Source of the DNA: Adineta vaga | Lineage: Eukaryota; Animalia; Rotifera | Direction of reading: 5' to 3' | DNA length: 64,000 nt | NCBI GenBank assembly: GCA_021613535.1 | Contig: CP075492.1 | Coordinates: forward strand, 3,410,001-3,474,000 | Shown here: in pieces, positions 12,640-23,685 of the stretch | Numbering within the stretch: the first letter of the stretch is position 1 | How the letters are laid out: every line of letters starts with the position of its first letter | Program-made: the position numbers and the translations under genes | Notes under the pieces: model-generated | What the model saw: the letters and a program-made list of their open reading frames with translations, nothing else | What the model was told of the DNA's origin: nothing | The model's database searches: none

Positions 12640-13906
12640 TTAATATAGTTTCAAATAAAGTATATGTTTCTTTTTAAAGTTGTCATAATGATACTTAACG
12701 AATTGAAACATTGTAACGGGTTTTATTAAGAATTCCTCTTCGATCGGAAACTGAGAAATATTTGCAACATAAACGCCACATTCTTGTTTGCCATAAAAAC
12801 AGTCTCTTTTATTTAAATCTATAATGAGTAGTGTGTTGCCATATATCTCAGCTTTTTCTCTGTTTTTACTTGTTGACGTGAATGATGTAAATATAATGCT
12901 TCCCATCATAGGATCCATCATTTGTTCTCGTTCTTCATCTGTTAGAGTTACACCACGATAAACAGTTGATATATCTTCATCATTTTCCTTTACATCCAAT
13001 CGTTGATCACAAAGCATAGCGAGAGTTCGATCGTATTCGTTTGCAGATATATGTTGTGTCAAATATTGGTCGAGAAGAAAACAAAATGGTCTCAATGTTT
13101 TTAACAGTTCAGTGGTAATTCTTTTAAATAAACGGAGAGTTTCATTAATTAATTTGTACCAAAACGATTGTTTTGTGTAGAGATAAACACATGTTTCACC
13201 AATTTCTTCAGGCATCTCCTCCTTAAGTACTTCTTTATTTCTACCAAAAGTTTTCACATCTCGTAATTTATGAGCTAACCATTGTGCTTCTTTTTCTTTT
13301 CTTTTCTTTCCTTTCTTCCTTCTGTTAGCAGTTCTTGGGCTGCTCTTTCGACAATATCGCAGTATATGTTAGTTCTTTACCACTTAGTTCTTCCTTTACA
13401 TATACTCTCGATAAATTGAAATATTTCATCAAACAACTAAGAGAAATGTTATGATCTGAATCATCTACCTTTGTTGATAATATCGCTGATTGAAGCGGTA
13501 TTCTTGTTCCCAATCTATCTTCTCTTAGATACAAGTTTTCATGCTCTTGATGCACTTGAACGCGTTTTATTGAACATAGATTAGATTCATCATGTTTATT
13601 GTGTTGTAGCATACATTCAACATTAACAATACGGTCTCCGTCAATCTCAGTATTAAATTCCTTTTGATTATAAGCATCTTCAATAATTTCGTTTTCTATG
13701 TCATTATAGTTTTGCCATTCTTCTGAAAGCCATGGATCAGCAGCTGAATTCCAAAACCATTGAAAATTACGTGGCCGAAGAAGAAGTGGTGCTCGAAGAG
13801 TATGAGTTGAAGTATTACTTTTAGAAGAAGATATGGAAGAAGTTCGCAGTGAAGTCATGTTTAGAGTAAATGCACAAGACTGAGGATAAAGTACAGTAAC
13901 CGGCAC
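12640..13906 (-). pseudogene. WWE domain plus ADP-ribosyltransferase, interrupted by one frameshift near 13350-13380
   Basis: WWE-like QWFWNS..DPW...WQNYNDIENEIIEDAY in ORF 13325..13906; the shifted frame reads DIVERAAQELLTEGRKERKEKEAQWLAHKLRDVKTFG straight into ORF 12640..13257 with VYRG, FTSTS, EEEFL. Confidence 0.75.
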
Positions 13907-14159
13907 TCGTCTCTTCTGATCCTACCTTTCGATAGATCAATGCGCTACTTATATACTGTGCAAAGAAACAGATTTTTGCTTTTTTACTGTCTTCATTTCG
14001 TAGAATATACATAAATTTACCTTTCTTATCAGCGATGAAATCAATATAACTAGGAACTAGTGACTTCTAAAGAAATGTATATCTTTGAAGTTTTATACGT
14101 TGCATTAAGTCAGAAGTAGATATATGTGAGATAAAGAGAGGAAGAGAATGAGAGTGAGT

Positions 14160-15447
14160 TTAACTAATAACCATTATAGCACGTTTCATCTCCATGAATA
14201 GATCAATGCTTTGGTGATATAAGAATAGTTTTCGATGTAAAATTTTGATTACACCGAAATCTTGCAAAACTGCATCGTCGATAAATGTTACCAATATGCG
14301 TCTATTGGCATCTTGTTGACGAAATTGATTTGAATAATCCGTGTTGATATCTTTTAATGATTTAACCCATCGACAAACACTATTAATACCCCATTTGGTA
14401 CTATCTTGCGACACAGCTAGAAAGAGAATATTAGTATTACTTAGATAGAATAGGAAAATCTTTACTTATGTATACCATCTCTGTTGGCTAGTAATCTCAA
14501 TTGTACATATCCATTGGAATGTCGTCCTTGAAAATAACATGTCCACTATCCTCTGACGAAATTATATTCTGTGTTATAATATCGCCCGGAATGATAGCTC
14601 TTTTCTTCCAATCCTGGTTGACAGCAGCCAATATATGCTTTTACTGCGGATATGATTCCTTCATCCATATTGTGCCATTTCATCTACTAATGCATTATAA
14701 CAGGACCATCGCTTCGTTAGTTCATCTAAGTCACCAATATGAACAGAATTTTCGTTCTGCCTGTACCATTCTACAGTTTTTTCGATTAAACTATTAACTA
14801 ACCAGTCCTTTCTAGGAAAAAAACTTTGCTAATGAGCTACGCAATCAATATCGATTCCCTACAAATATCGTACCTTTATCGATGCATATTCCCGAGCATA
14901 AAATGAATGTTGCTCTGCGTTTCTCAGTTTATAATCCATAGTGATCAACTTTTCGATCGCATCATAAAATGTTGTAGGACCACCAACATATCTAGAATTT
15001 CCTTGAACTAGCAACATATCGATGGTCGGTTTTGCACACATTCTTTCAACACTGGTACTACCTATGTGTTCCATTTCTAATAGCAATGGTTGATTTTTAG
15101 GTCTATATTCATGTATTCGAAGACTATTCTAAAACAAAAATGTGGCGTCATCATATGAAAAATTGATAAATTAGTACAGATTGTTGTTTTTCTAGCATTA
15201 TTTTTTTGTATTCTTGTTCATATGACTTTCGCCACTCTGGATTGTACTCCTACAATTCGATCTCTTGCGATTCATAGCTTCGCCACGCTGATGAATTATC
15301 AGTTTCATTTTCTTTGTTTTCGAAATAATAATCAAAATCATCACCAGGATAATTAGGTGATTTCAAAAGGGCTTCTGGCAATTTATTTTGCTTTATCGAA
15401 TTTATGAAGATACTACGTTCGGACTCGTTTACTTTCTCGACCTCCAT
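14160..15447 (-). pseudogene. Decayed GrpB/UPF0157-like nucleotidyltransferase followed by a SAM domain
   Basis: IEL*EYNPEWRKSYEQEYKKI (in-frame TAG at 15250-15252); EHIGSTSVERMCAKPTIDML is the GrpB signature; multiple stops downstream; ORF 14160..14414 WGINSVCRWVKSL...YSNQFRQQ...LQDFGV..ILHRKLF is SAM-like. Confidence 0.65.
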
Positions 15448-15581
15448 CGTTTCGATACAAAATCCATTTTTGAATATCCATACAGTTTATGAACTACGAT
15501 TGTTTTTCGTGTTTTTCTTACTTAGAATAGTCCACCTGAGCATTTGAATGAGAAATATTGTTCTAGAATATTGTAGAAATA

Positions 15582-15650
15582 TGTGGGGGTGTGGTTGCGA
15601 ATAACGGTAAATGTAACAAACAGCTTACTAACACCCACACTCTCACCCTG
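15582..15650. repeat. Telomere-like intergenic hairpin element
   Basis: TGTGGGGGTGTGGTTG...ACACCCACACTCTCACCCTG. Confidence 0.75.
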
Positions 15651-15942
15651 TTATTTATTAGTACCGTGAATATTCCACATACCATTCGAAATATCTTTGT
15701 AGTTTGGTATAAAAGCTTTATCAATCAACAGAACCTATTCAAATATATGGATATCGACTAATAAAATTCTTCTAATCGTAAAGATACTGAAACATACTTC
15801 GAAAGCATTTTATTCATTCGACAGATATTGACTTTTTTTACGATATTTTAACTTCAATCATAAATAACCTTTAGATGAGAATTATTCTACAAGAGTTTGG
15901 AATAATAGTCGTAACTGAATGAGATATTAGATTTTCAACTTG

Positions 15943-15989
15943 ATCTTGAGGGTGCGAATATTTTCTTCTTCTCACACTCACACCGTCAA
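15943..15989. repeat. Telomere-like intergenic hairpin element
   Basis: ATCTTGAGGGTGCGAATA...CTCACACTCACACCGTCAA. Confidence 0.75.
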
Positions 15990-16217
15990 CATTCACGATA
16001 AGACTTTTTCTGTCATGTTTTTATCAGTCTTCACCTCCGTCATAGTTGGAAACTTCAACTGGGAAAAATGCCTCAGGTAGAGAAAAAAAAGGAATATTTA
16101 AAGGTAAAAACCATAAAAACGTCGCATACATTCGCAAGTGTTTGCATAGTATTCGTCTGTCATCCGTCCTGCCACATAATCAGGTAATTTTATTCATCAG
16201 TATTCCGAACATCGATC

Positions 16218-16916
16218 ATGGGTCAATCAGCTTCAGGTCGAGCCACATCGCGATTCACAGAAACCAGTTCACCACCTGATAGCACCCTACTTCCTAATGA
16301 TTACTTGCAGGCGCCAACTAGTTCCATTGAAGAATCTCTCAAGAATCTCTCTTCTGAATTAGGAAATTTGGAAGAGTATATCGCTCGAGCAAAAGCAAAG
16401 TTTAAGAGTCAAAATGCGCATAATCTATCGCATGATGAAGCAGCTGCCATTTATATTTATACAATGCAATGGCAACAAGGAGAAAGTCTATATATCATCT
16501 TTAATCGAGATCTTCGTACGAAGGATCGTTCAAGAATAGAACGGTGGCAGCCCTACCTAAAACTGTTGATGACGGCACTTAATAAATTACAGTCGCAAAA
16601 GGTCACTGTTTATCGTGGTCTCCGAGATGATGTTAGCAAGTATTATACCAAAGATAAAGAGTTTGTTTGGGGCAGTGCGACATCAACTACTCGTAGTATC
16701 AACATGGCTCATCATTTTTTTAACAACTCAAATGGATCAGGGACATTGTTCTATATTGATGTCTTATATGGGAAAGATATATCAGCCTTCAGTGCCTTTC
16801 AACTGGAAGAAGAAGTGCTACTTCGACCGGGCACACGATTTTGTGTCACTCGTGGGCCAACTTTACAAAAGATCGATGATCAAATGATCCCTGTCGTTCA
16901 TCTCAAAGAACTTTGA
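16218..16916 (+). CDS. Stand-alone NAD+:arginine-type ADP-ribosyltransferase with predicted N-myristoylation
   Basis: AIYIYT, VYRGL, ATSTT, EEEVLL (R-S-ExE); N-terminus MGQSAS fits MGxxxS. Confidence 0.88.
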   Translation: MGQSASGRATSRFTETSSPPDSTLLPNDYLQAPTSSIEESLKNLSSELGNLEEYIARAKAKFKSQNAHNLSHDEAAAIYIYTMQWQQGESLYIIFNRDLRTKDRSRIERWQPYLKLLMTALNKLQSQKVTVYRGLRDDVSKYYTKDKEFVWGSATSTTRSINMAHHFFNNSNGSGTLFYIDVLYGKDISAFSAFQLEEEVLLRPGTRFCVTRGPTLQKIDDQMIPVVHLKEL

Positions 16917-16939
16917 CGCTCTTTGTAACATGATGTATT

Positions 16940-16992
16940 CTAGAAGGTGCGAGTATGGCATATTTTTTTTTGTCATTCTCGCGTACCATTCG
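16940..16992. repeat. Degenerate telomere-like hairpin element
   Basis: CTAGAAGGTGCGAGTATGGCA...TGTCATTCTCGCGTACCATTCG just 3' of the ART stop. Confidence 0.5.
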
Positions 16993-17243
16993 ATTCTTCA
17001 TCTTCATCGCCATTGATAAAAATATATATAAAAAGTTTTTCTTTTGATGCATAGTGAGCTATATAGATGATGATACAATATAATATTACAGAATACTCAT
17101 AAAACTGGAATGTTATGAATTCGTGACTTTGATCGTTAGCCTACAGAAGAAATGACACGATTATCAATAATATAACAGGCACGCATACTATTAATTCTTT
17201 AAATGTTATAACAATGTATACGTTTGTCTTCAGTTGAGAAATC

Positions 17244-20200
17244 ATGTTAAATATATTTGTATCAACATTGTTATTGAGTAGAATAGTACAATGTTTCATT
17301 TATTTAAATCTTTATCATTCGTATCCAAGTGATAACGTTGATCAACTGAATTTTGATTGCTTACAACAATATCAGACCGACTATAACATGGATGTGAATG
17401 AATTTGGCTACCAAAGGTTTCAAATATTTGAGTATTGTATTCGTCCATTCGATACAACTCCATCGGTTTTGGATTTTGTAAATACACGAGACGAAAACTT
17501 CACATTTGACGAATTACGCCATTTAGGTGTCACCTCAGAAAAATTAATTTCTTGGTCATCAACTATTGATTTGGCAGAAAAATATCAAGATTTCCTTGAG
17601 AAAAATTCTAATTCATCTTTATTGTCTGAAATACAATATTTAAAATGTGAAAATTCTTGGTTTGGTTCTCAATGCCAATACTCCTTTGAATTATATAAAA
17701 CCGGTGATTGGCAAAGGATTTCTACTCGAGCACTCTTGATGAAGAGAGAGTATGGATCTCGCGAAAGAATGGCCGATCGAACATGTTATATAAATATAAA
17801 ATGTGATCGTGGTGGTGTATCAATGTGTCTTGATTGGCGTGAAATATGTAATGGTCGGATCGATTGCTTGAATAATGGTGTAGATGAACAAGACTGTTTT
17901 CAAATGGAGATAAACGTGTGCGAAGAAAATGAATATCGATGTCACAATGGATTATGTTTATCGACTGAAATATCGAACAGTGAACTATACTTAATCGACT
18001 GTCTCGATCGATCGGCAACGTTATATCTCAATAATTATTTTTCAAAATGTTTTAACGATCTAGGTTTTATCTGCGAAGAACATGCATGTCAACCTGGTCC
18101 AAAACAATTTCCATGCGGTGATGGACAATGTGTAGAAGATTTTGATACTTGTGAGAATGGTCGTCATTATTTATTAATTGAATCAATGTATACGCAAGGA
18201 AATTTATCTGACGAATGTTGGCTAGCGTTGATTTGTCTGACAAAGATTAAAGATAATATCGAGGAAAATACGTGCCAAGAATTTGTCAATTCATCAGACC
18301 TGTTCAATTCTTTTCAAACTTGTGATAATTTTACTCAATTTCCAACCATTCCTGTTCTTTTTGGTCATGCAAGTTTTCTATATGGTCAAATCAATAGAGA
18401 GATGATCAATATGAAGTTAGCACTTCCTCCAAGTTATGTTTGTTATGATAAACAATTATGTGATTTTCTCGAATCAACATTTTCGTATAAAAATAAAAGC
18501 TGTCGAATGAGTTATCAAATCGGATTCAAATCAGATGTTAACTACTCGACATGGAAATCTCTTATCGATACGGTAAAACCATATTTTGACGGTTGTTTAA
18601 CTACATATAAGAAAGAAAATTCTATTGAACATGATTCATTATATTGTTGCGAAAATTCATCGAAATGTATTTCAAAACATCGGATTCTTGATGGAATTTC
18701 CGATTGTTATTTGAATGATGATGAAGAACAATATGAATTAAGTTGCACAATAATCGATCCTCGTCGATTCACGTGTCCGAATGAAAATATATGTTATACT
18801 CCGTTTCATCCCAAAATCTGTGAATCAGTTGATCTACCATTGAAACTATCGGATATATCATTTCATGAAATATGTGATCGAACTATTCATTTACCACCAG
18901 AAACAATCAATGGAGAAAATCATACCGATGAAACGGAATGCCAATATTGGCAGTGTAGTAATGTTTATACACGTTGTAATCTATTCTGGAATTGTGAAAA
19001 TGGTCAAGATGAAGCAAATTGTTCGAAATCTCTTTGTCCTTTTCCATCTCATCCGTGTATATCTCCACATAATGGAACATTTTCATGTTTATCAATAGAT
19101 CGAATTGAAGATGGAATAATCGATTGTCTTGGAGGATCCGATGAACTTCGTCAATGTCTAGAAACGAAGTCAATATCAAGAAATTCCGGTCGTTATCGTT
19201 GTTCAAATGAAGATCGATGTTACAAATCGGATGAAATATGTGACAATGTAATAAGTTGTTCGTCTGGTGAAGATGAAGCATTCTGTAAGAATATTCAACG
19301 TAGTTGTAATAGTTTTCTGCGTGCTAATCGAAGCAATGTCGAACTCGCTCTTTGTCAACTTAAAAGTTTAACAAAGATTTTTTTTTCATTATCAACAGTA
19401 CCGATCTATCCTTCACATAAATCTAAAACGATCAATCATATCGATAATCCACCATTAAAATATTCGATGATGACAACGAATAAAATCAATCCGATGGTTG
19501 ACGGATGGTCATGGCGTTGTAATCGTGGCCTTTATGCTCGTGTCTGGCTTGGAGAAAACAATTATAGTTTTAAATGTTTTTGTTCTCCGAGTTATTATGG
19601 AGATTTATGTGAATATCAAAATGATCGAGTTAGTCTTTCGTTAAAACTAATGACAAATAATTATACTGGAATATTTATCATTATTGGTACGTTAATCGAT
19701 GAAGAGAACGAGAGAAAGATCAATTCCTATTCGAAAATAATGTATTATCCTCGTGAAGATTTATGTCCATTCAATTATAACATGTATTTATTATTTATCA
19801 ATCGATTAAAAAATCAAACGAAAAAATATATTGTACAAATTGATGTCTACGAACTAATTTCGTTAACTTATCTTGCTAGTTGGTACTTGAAAATTCCATT
19901 TCTTTTTCTACCAGTCAATCGATTAAGTGCGCAATTAGTTGTACCGACGGATCGAATAAGAACTTCAAATAAATGTTTATATCCATGTCAAAATGGGCAA
20001 TGTATGAAATACATGAATGTTAAAAAGTTCTTTTGTCAATGTCATCCGGGTTGGTCTGGTATTTTGTGTAATTTTCGATCGAATTGTGAAGATTGTTCAT
20101 CAGGTTCAATTTGTATTGGATCGATTAGAAACCGATCAATTTGTTTGTGTCCACTGAATAAGTTTGGTTCACGTTGTCTATTAAAACACAAATGTCCGTC

Positions 20201-21866
20201 AGATTTCTGCAAAAATAATGGTCAATGTCTAGTAACAGATACAACTTCAATGAGGAACTCATATATTTGTATTTGTCCCGAACCATTTCATGGTGGAAGA
20301 TGCGAATTACAAGATAAATTTAAATTAGAAATCTCATTCGATAAGATAGATTTGACAAATTACATTGTCGTTCATTATATTTCTGTAAGAAATAAACCAG
20401 TACCAATTCAAACATCGATAATAAAGAAATTGAAAATGTTTCAAAAAACGATTGAATTATCTCACACAGGTCAATGGAATATTGTTATTGTAAAGACTAC
20501 TCAAAACTATTATTTAGCTTCTGTTCAACTATTTGAACCAACAAATATATCAACATCAATCAGTTCTGTTCAACGATGTTTCTCAATTGATGAAGTTTTA
20601 GATTCGAAAATAATTCATATGCCACCAATTCGTCGAGTGAAGCATTATCATACCATATGTCAAATTAATTCTCATATTTCATGTTTTTTTGATGAATCTT
20701 ACATGTGTTTATGTACTCGAGAACGTCATGCAAATTGTTTTCATTTTCAATACAAACCATCGAATGGAATGTATTCATGTCGATTGAATTATCATTGTTT
20801 AAATGGAGCTGAATGTTTAGTTGATGATATTTATTGTCCAAGAATAACAATTTGTAATTGTAAAGATTGTTTCTTTGGTGATCGATGTGAATTTTATGCG
20901 AAAGGTATTGGATTAACATTAGATGATATTTTACGTTATGAAATTCGACCGAATCTATCGCTAAATGATCAAGAATTTTCGGTTAAAATAACTTTAGTTT
21001 TAACAATAGTAATGTTTGTTTTCGGTTTAATTGACAGTACGCTTTCATTACTCGTATTTTCTAATAAGAATATTAGAAAAGTTGGTTGTGGAATATATCT
21101 CTTTGCATCATCGATTACATCATCTTTGACATTGATAACATTGCTATTGAAATGTTTATTTCTTATTCTTACTCAAACGAATTTATATTCAAATCGAATT
21201 ATTCTTCGTATAGAATGTGTATTTATTGAAAGTTTTCTAAAATTATTTTTATACTATGATAGTTGGTTAAATGCATGTGTAGCTATTGAACGAGCGATAA
21301 CAGTTTTTCAAGGTGTGAATTTTAATGCATCAAAAAGCAAATTTGTTGCGAAATGTATAATTATCTTTTTACCATTATTTATCATGGGAACGAATGTTCA
21401 TGACTTTTTCTATCGTGATTTATTTGATGATAACGAAGAAGAACGAATTTGGTGTGTTGCTCATTATTCACATTTCGTTCGAATTTATAATACATTTATT
21501 TTATTCTTTCATTTTGTTGGTCCATTTTTAGCGAACTTATTCTCTGCTTTGTTAATTATTTATCTATCAAGTCGTCGACGAGCAAAACTTCGATTACGAC
21601 AATCTTATCGTGAACATCTTTATGAACAATTCAAAGAACACAAACACCTAATAATTAGTCCAATTTGTCTTGTTATTCTTTCCCTACCACGTTTAATCAT
21701 TTCGTTATTATCTAACTGTGTCAAAGCATCGCATAATCCTTGGCCATTCATATTAACCTATTTTATACCATTTATTCCCTCAGTTCTGATCTTCGTAGTG
21801 TTTATTTTACCATCCGAAACGTATAAAAAACAATTTCAAGAAACAATAAACAATTTTCGACATTGA
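17244..21866 (+). CDS. Large intronless GPCR with LDL-receptor class A and EGF-like ectodomain, 1540 aa
   Basis: Signal peptide; LDLa repeats (CLDWREICNGRIDC..DE, CNLFWNCENGQDE); EGF repeats (CQCHPGWSG..C, CICPEPFHGGRC); seven hydrophobic segments with AIERA (DRY equivalent). Confidence 0.9.
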   Translation: MLNIFVSTLLLSRIVQCFIYLNLYHSYPSDNVDQLNFDCLQQYQTDYNMDVNEFGYQRFQIFEYCIRPFDTTPSVLDFVNTRDENFTFDELRHLGVTSEKLISWSSTIDLAEKYQDFLEKNSNSSLLSEIQYLKCENSWFGSQCQYSFELYKTGDWQRISTRALLMKREYGSRERMADRTCYINIKCDRGGVSMCLDWREICNGRIDCLNNGVDEQDCFQMEINVCEENEYRCHNGLCLSTEISNSELYLIDCLDRSATLYLNNYFSKCFNDLGFICEEHACQPGPKQFPCGDGQCVEDFDTCENGRHYLLIESMYTQGNLSDECWLALICLTKIKDNIEENTCQEFVNSSDLFNSFQTCDNFTQFPTIPVLFGHASFLYGQINREMINMKLALPPSYVCYDKQLCDFLESTFSYKNKSCRMSYQIGFKSDVNYSTWKSLIDTVKPYFDGCLTTYKKENSIEHDSLYCCENSSKCISKHRILDGISDCYLNDDEEQYELSCTIIDPRRFTCPNENICYTPFHPKICESVDLPLKLSDISFHEICDRTIHLPPETINGENHTDETECQYWQCSNVYTRCNLFWNCENGQDEANCSKSLCPFPSHPCISPHNGTFSCLSIDRIEDGIIDCLGGSDELRQCLETKSISRNSGRYRCSNEDRCYKSDEICDNVISCSSGEDEAFCKNIQRSCNSFLRANRSNVELALCQLKSLTKIFFSLSTVPIYPSHKSKTINHIDNPPLKYSMMTTNKINPMVDGWSWRCNRGLYARVWLGENNYSFKCFCSPSYYGDLCEYQNDRVSLSLKLMTNNYTGIFIIIGTLIDEENERKINSYSKIMYYPREDLCPFNYNMYLLFINRLKNQTKKYIVQIDVYELISLTYLASWYLKIPFLFLPVNRLSAQLVVPTDRIRTSNKCLYPCQNGQCMKYMNVKKFFCQCHPGWSGILCNFRSNCEDCSSGSICIGSIRNRSICLCPLNKFGSRCLLKHKCPSDFCKNNGQCLVTDTTSMRNSYICICPEPFHGGRCELQDKFKLEISFDKIDLTNYIVVHYISVRNKPVPIQTSIIKKLKMFQKTIELSHTGQWNIVIVKTTQNYYLASVQLFEPTNISTSISSVQRCFSIDEVLDSKIIHMPPIRRVKHYHTICQINSHISCFFDESYMCLCTRERHANCFHFQYKPSNGMYSCRLNYHCLNGAECLVDDIYCPRITICNCKDCFFGDRCEFYAKGIGLTLDDILRYEIRPNLSLNDQEFSVKITLVLTIVMFVFGLIDSTLSLLVFSNKNIRKVGCGIYLFASSITSSLTLITLLLKCLFLILTQTNLYSNRIILRIECVFIESFLKLFLYYDSWLNACVAIERAITVFQGVNFNASKSKFVAKCIIIFLPLFIMGTNVHDFFYRDLFDDNEEERIWCVAHYSHFVRIYNTFILFFHFVGPFLANLFSALLIIYLSSRRRAKLRLRQSYREHLYEQFKEHKHLIISPICLVILSLPRLIISLLSNCVKASHNPWPFILTYFIPFIPSVLIFVVFILPSETYKKQFQETINNFRH

Positions 21867-22219
21867 CTTTCTTTTCTCTGTTTATGTGAATGTTTTCTCA
21901 AAGCATAAATAAATGACACATACAATTCTCTTGATATCATATGTATCAAACGTAAAACTCGAAATATAACCCTATATATCACAATGAATCTATTAGCTGG
22001 AAGTATTCTTTATGTTCGTAGACGTACTTTCTGTACACATTTACCTTTCTCTTTCTCTTTCTGACATCGTCATGACAAACGAAGCACATTTACTCTCGTA
22101 GATGATATAAAAGCAATGTCATTCTCTCTATTTTTCTTCTTCACTTATCTTACATAAACGGTAAAAAATCATACAAAAATTAAACTGTTCTGATCAACTT
22201 TGCATAGAAAAAGAATTCG

Positions 22220-23196
22220 ATGGCTACTGAAACAACTGAAGGCAAATTAGATGCTTGTTGCTTAACAGAATATCGTCCATTACCGGGTACTCCACGTGGA
22301 CAAATCATTAAGATTGTTGACGTAGATACTTACTTTGTTTCTGGCAAAGATCAAACATCGAAAGGAAAAGTTATTGTTTTGTTAACAGATATATTTGGTA
22401 AGTTTTTCCTTATATATCTTTTAATTATTATAAATATCTGATTAGGTCTAGTGAAAAATCCACGTATTATTGCTGATGAAGTGTCCGAAAAAAGTGGTTT
22501 TGATGTTTATATACCAGATCTATTCAATGGCGATGCAGTTCATTCGTCATTCATGAAAGGTATGCCTGAAGTACCTGGAGACAAGATGTCTATTGGTGGA
22601 AAGGTAGGTTGTAGATACCAAACAATCTGTGAAAGATATCTTCGTTCTATGACATATAGCTTAACTATGCTGGAAAAGTTTTGACACAATTAGGACCATG
22701 GATAGTTCGCCATCGTCAAGGTGTTACTCTTCCTATTGTAGAAAAGTTTTTCAAGGTAGGTCATTGGATCCTTTTTCTCTTTAAATTACATCAAAATTTG
22801 TTATAGACTCTTCGAACAGAAAGATATGTCACTAGAATCGAAGCTGTTGGTTATTGTTTTGGTGGTCTATACACAATGTTAGTCGGTGGCTCTCTTCATC
22901 TTGCCGATGCCATTGTTGGTTGTCATGTATCAATGACAAATAAAACTCACTTTGAACAATTAGAAGTACCAGCTGCTTTCGCTTGTGCACAAGAAGACAA
23001 TCTATTTTCAGATGCTCTTCGAACAGAAGCACAACACATCCTCGCTCGTAAGACTGAAATACCAAGCAAATTCTTGATAACGAACGGAACAACTCATGGT
23101 TTTGCCTCTCGACCTAATCCAGACAATCCTGTCATCATGGAAGCATACAATCAAGCCAATGATTTAATTGCAGAATGGGCTAAAACTCATCTTTAA
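22220..23196 (+). CDS. Dienelactone hydrolase family (alpha/beta hydrolase), 4 exons
   Basis: Exons 22220..22397, 22446..22603, 22660..22755, 22807..23196 splice in frame; TDIFG, PDLFNGD, nucleophile GYCFGG, THGFASR. Confidence 0.9.
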
Positions 23197-23685
23197 TTAT
23201 CATAATTTGAGAATAATGGTAAGAGGTTACTGAATAATTACCTTTAACTTTCTATACTAATGCGAAACGTTATCACTTGTTTTTTTCAGATCTATTTATT
23301 AATTTCTTTTTATTTTGTTAAAAGTAAAAATAAAATCAAGAATTCAAATAATTGATGTTTCGAAATGAAGAGATAAAGTAATACTTTATAGTTTGAGAAA
23401 ATTTTCCATCTGTGCTTTCAATAAATTGAGAGTGTGCACGGTATCTCTTAGAAATGGTCATCGAATATTTACCAGTTAATGATGATGATAGAATTCATGT
23501 TCATTTAAAAACATATGGCAATGAACAATTAAAATTCTATCTTCGAGTTCCTATACGAAACATCAAGAACCGGTTTCCCCCCTTGGGATGAGTGCTCTTC
23601 TGATCGATAGCCACATTCCACTGTATGTAAACTTTTAGTTTTTACTATAAAAACAAATAAAATTCAAGTGAATGTGAATAAAATT

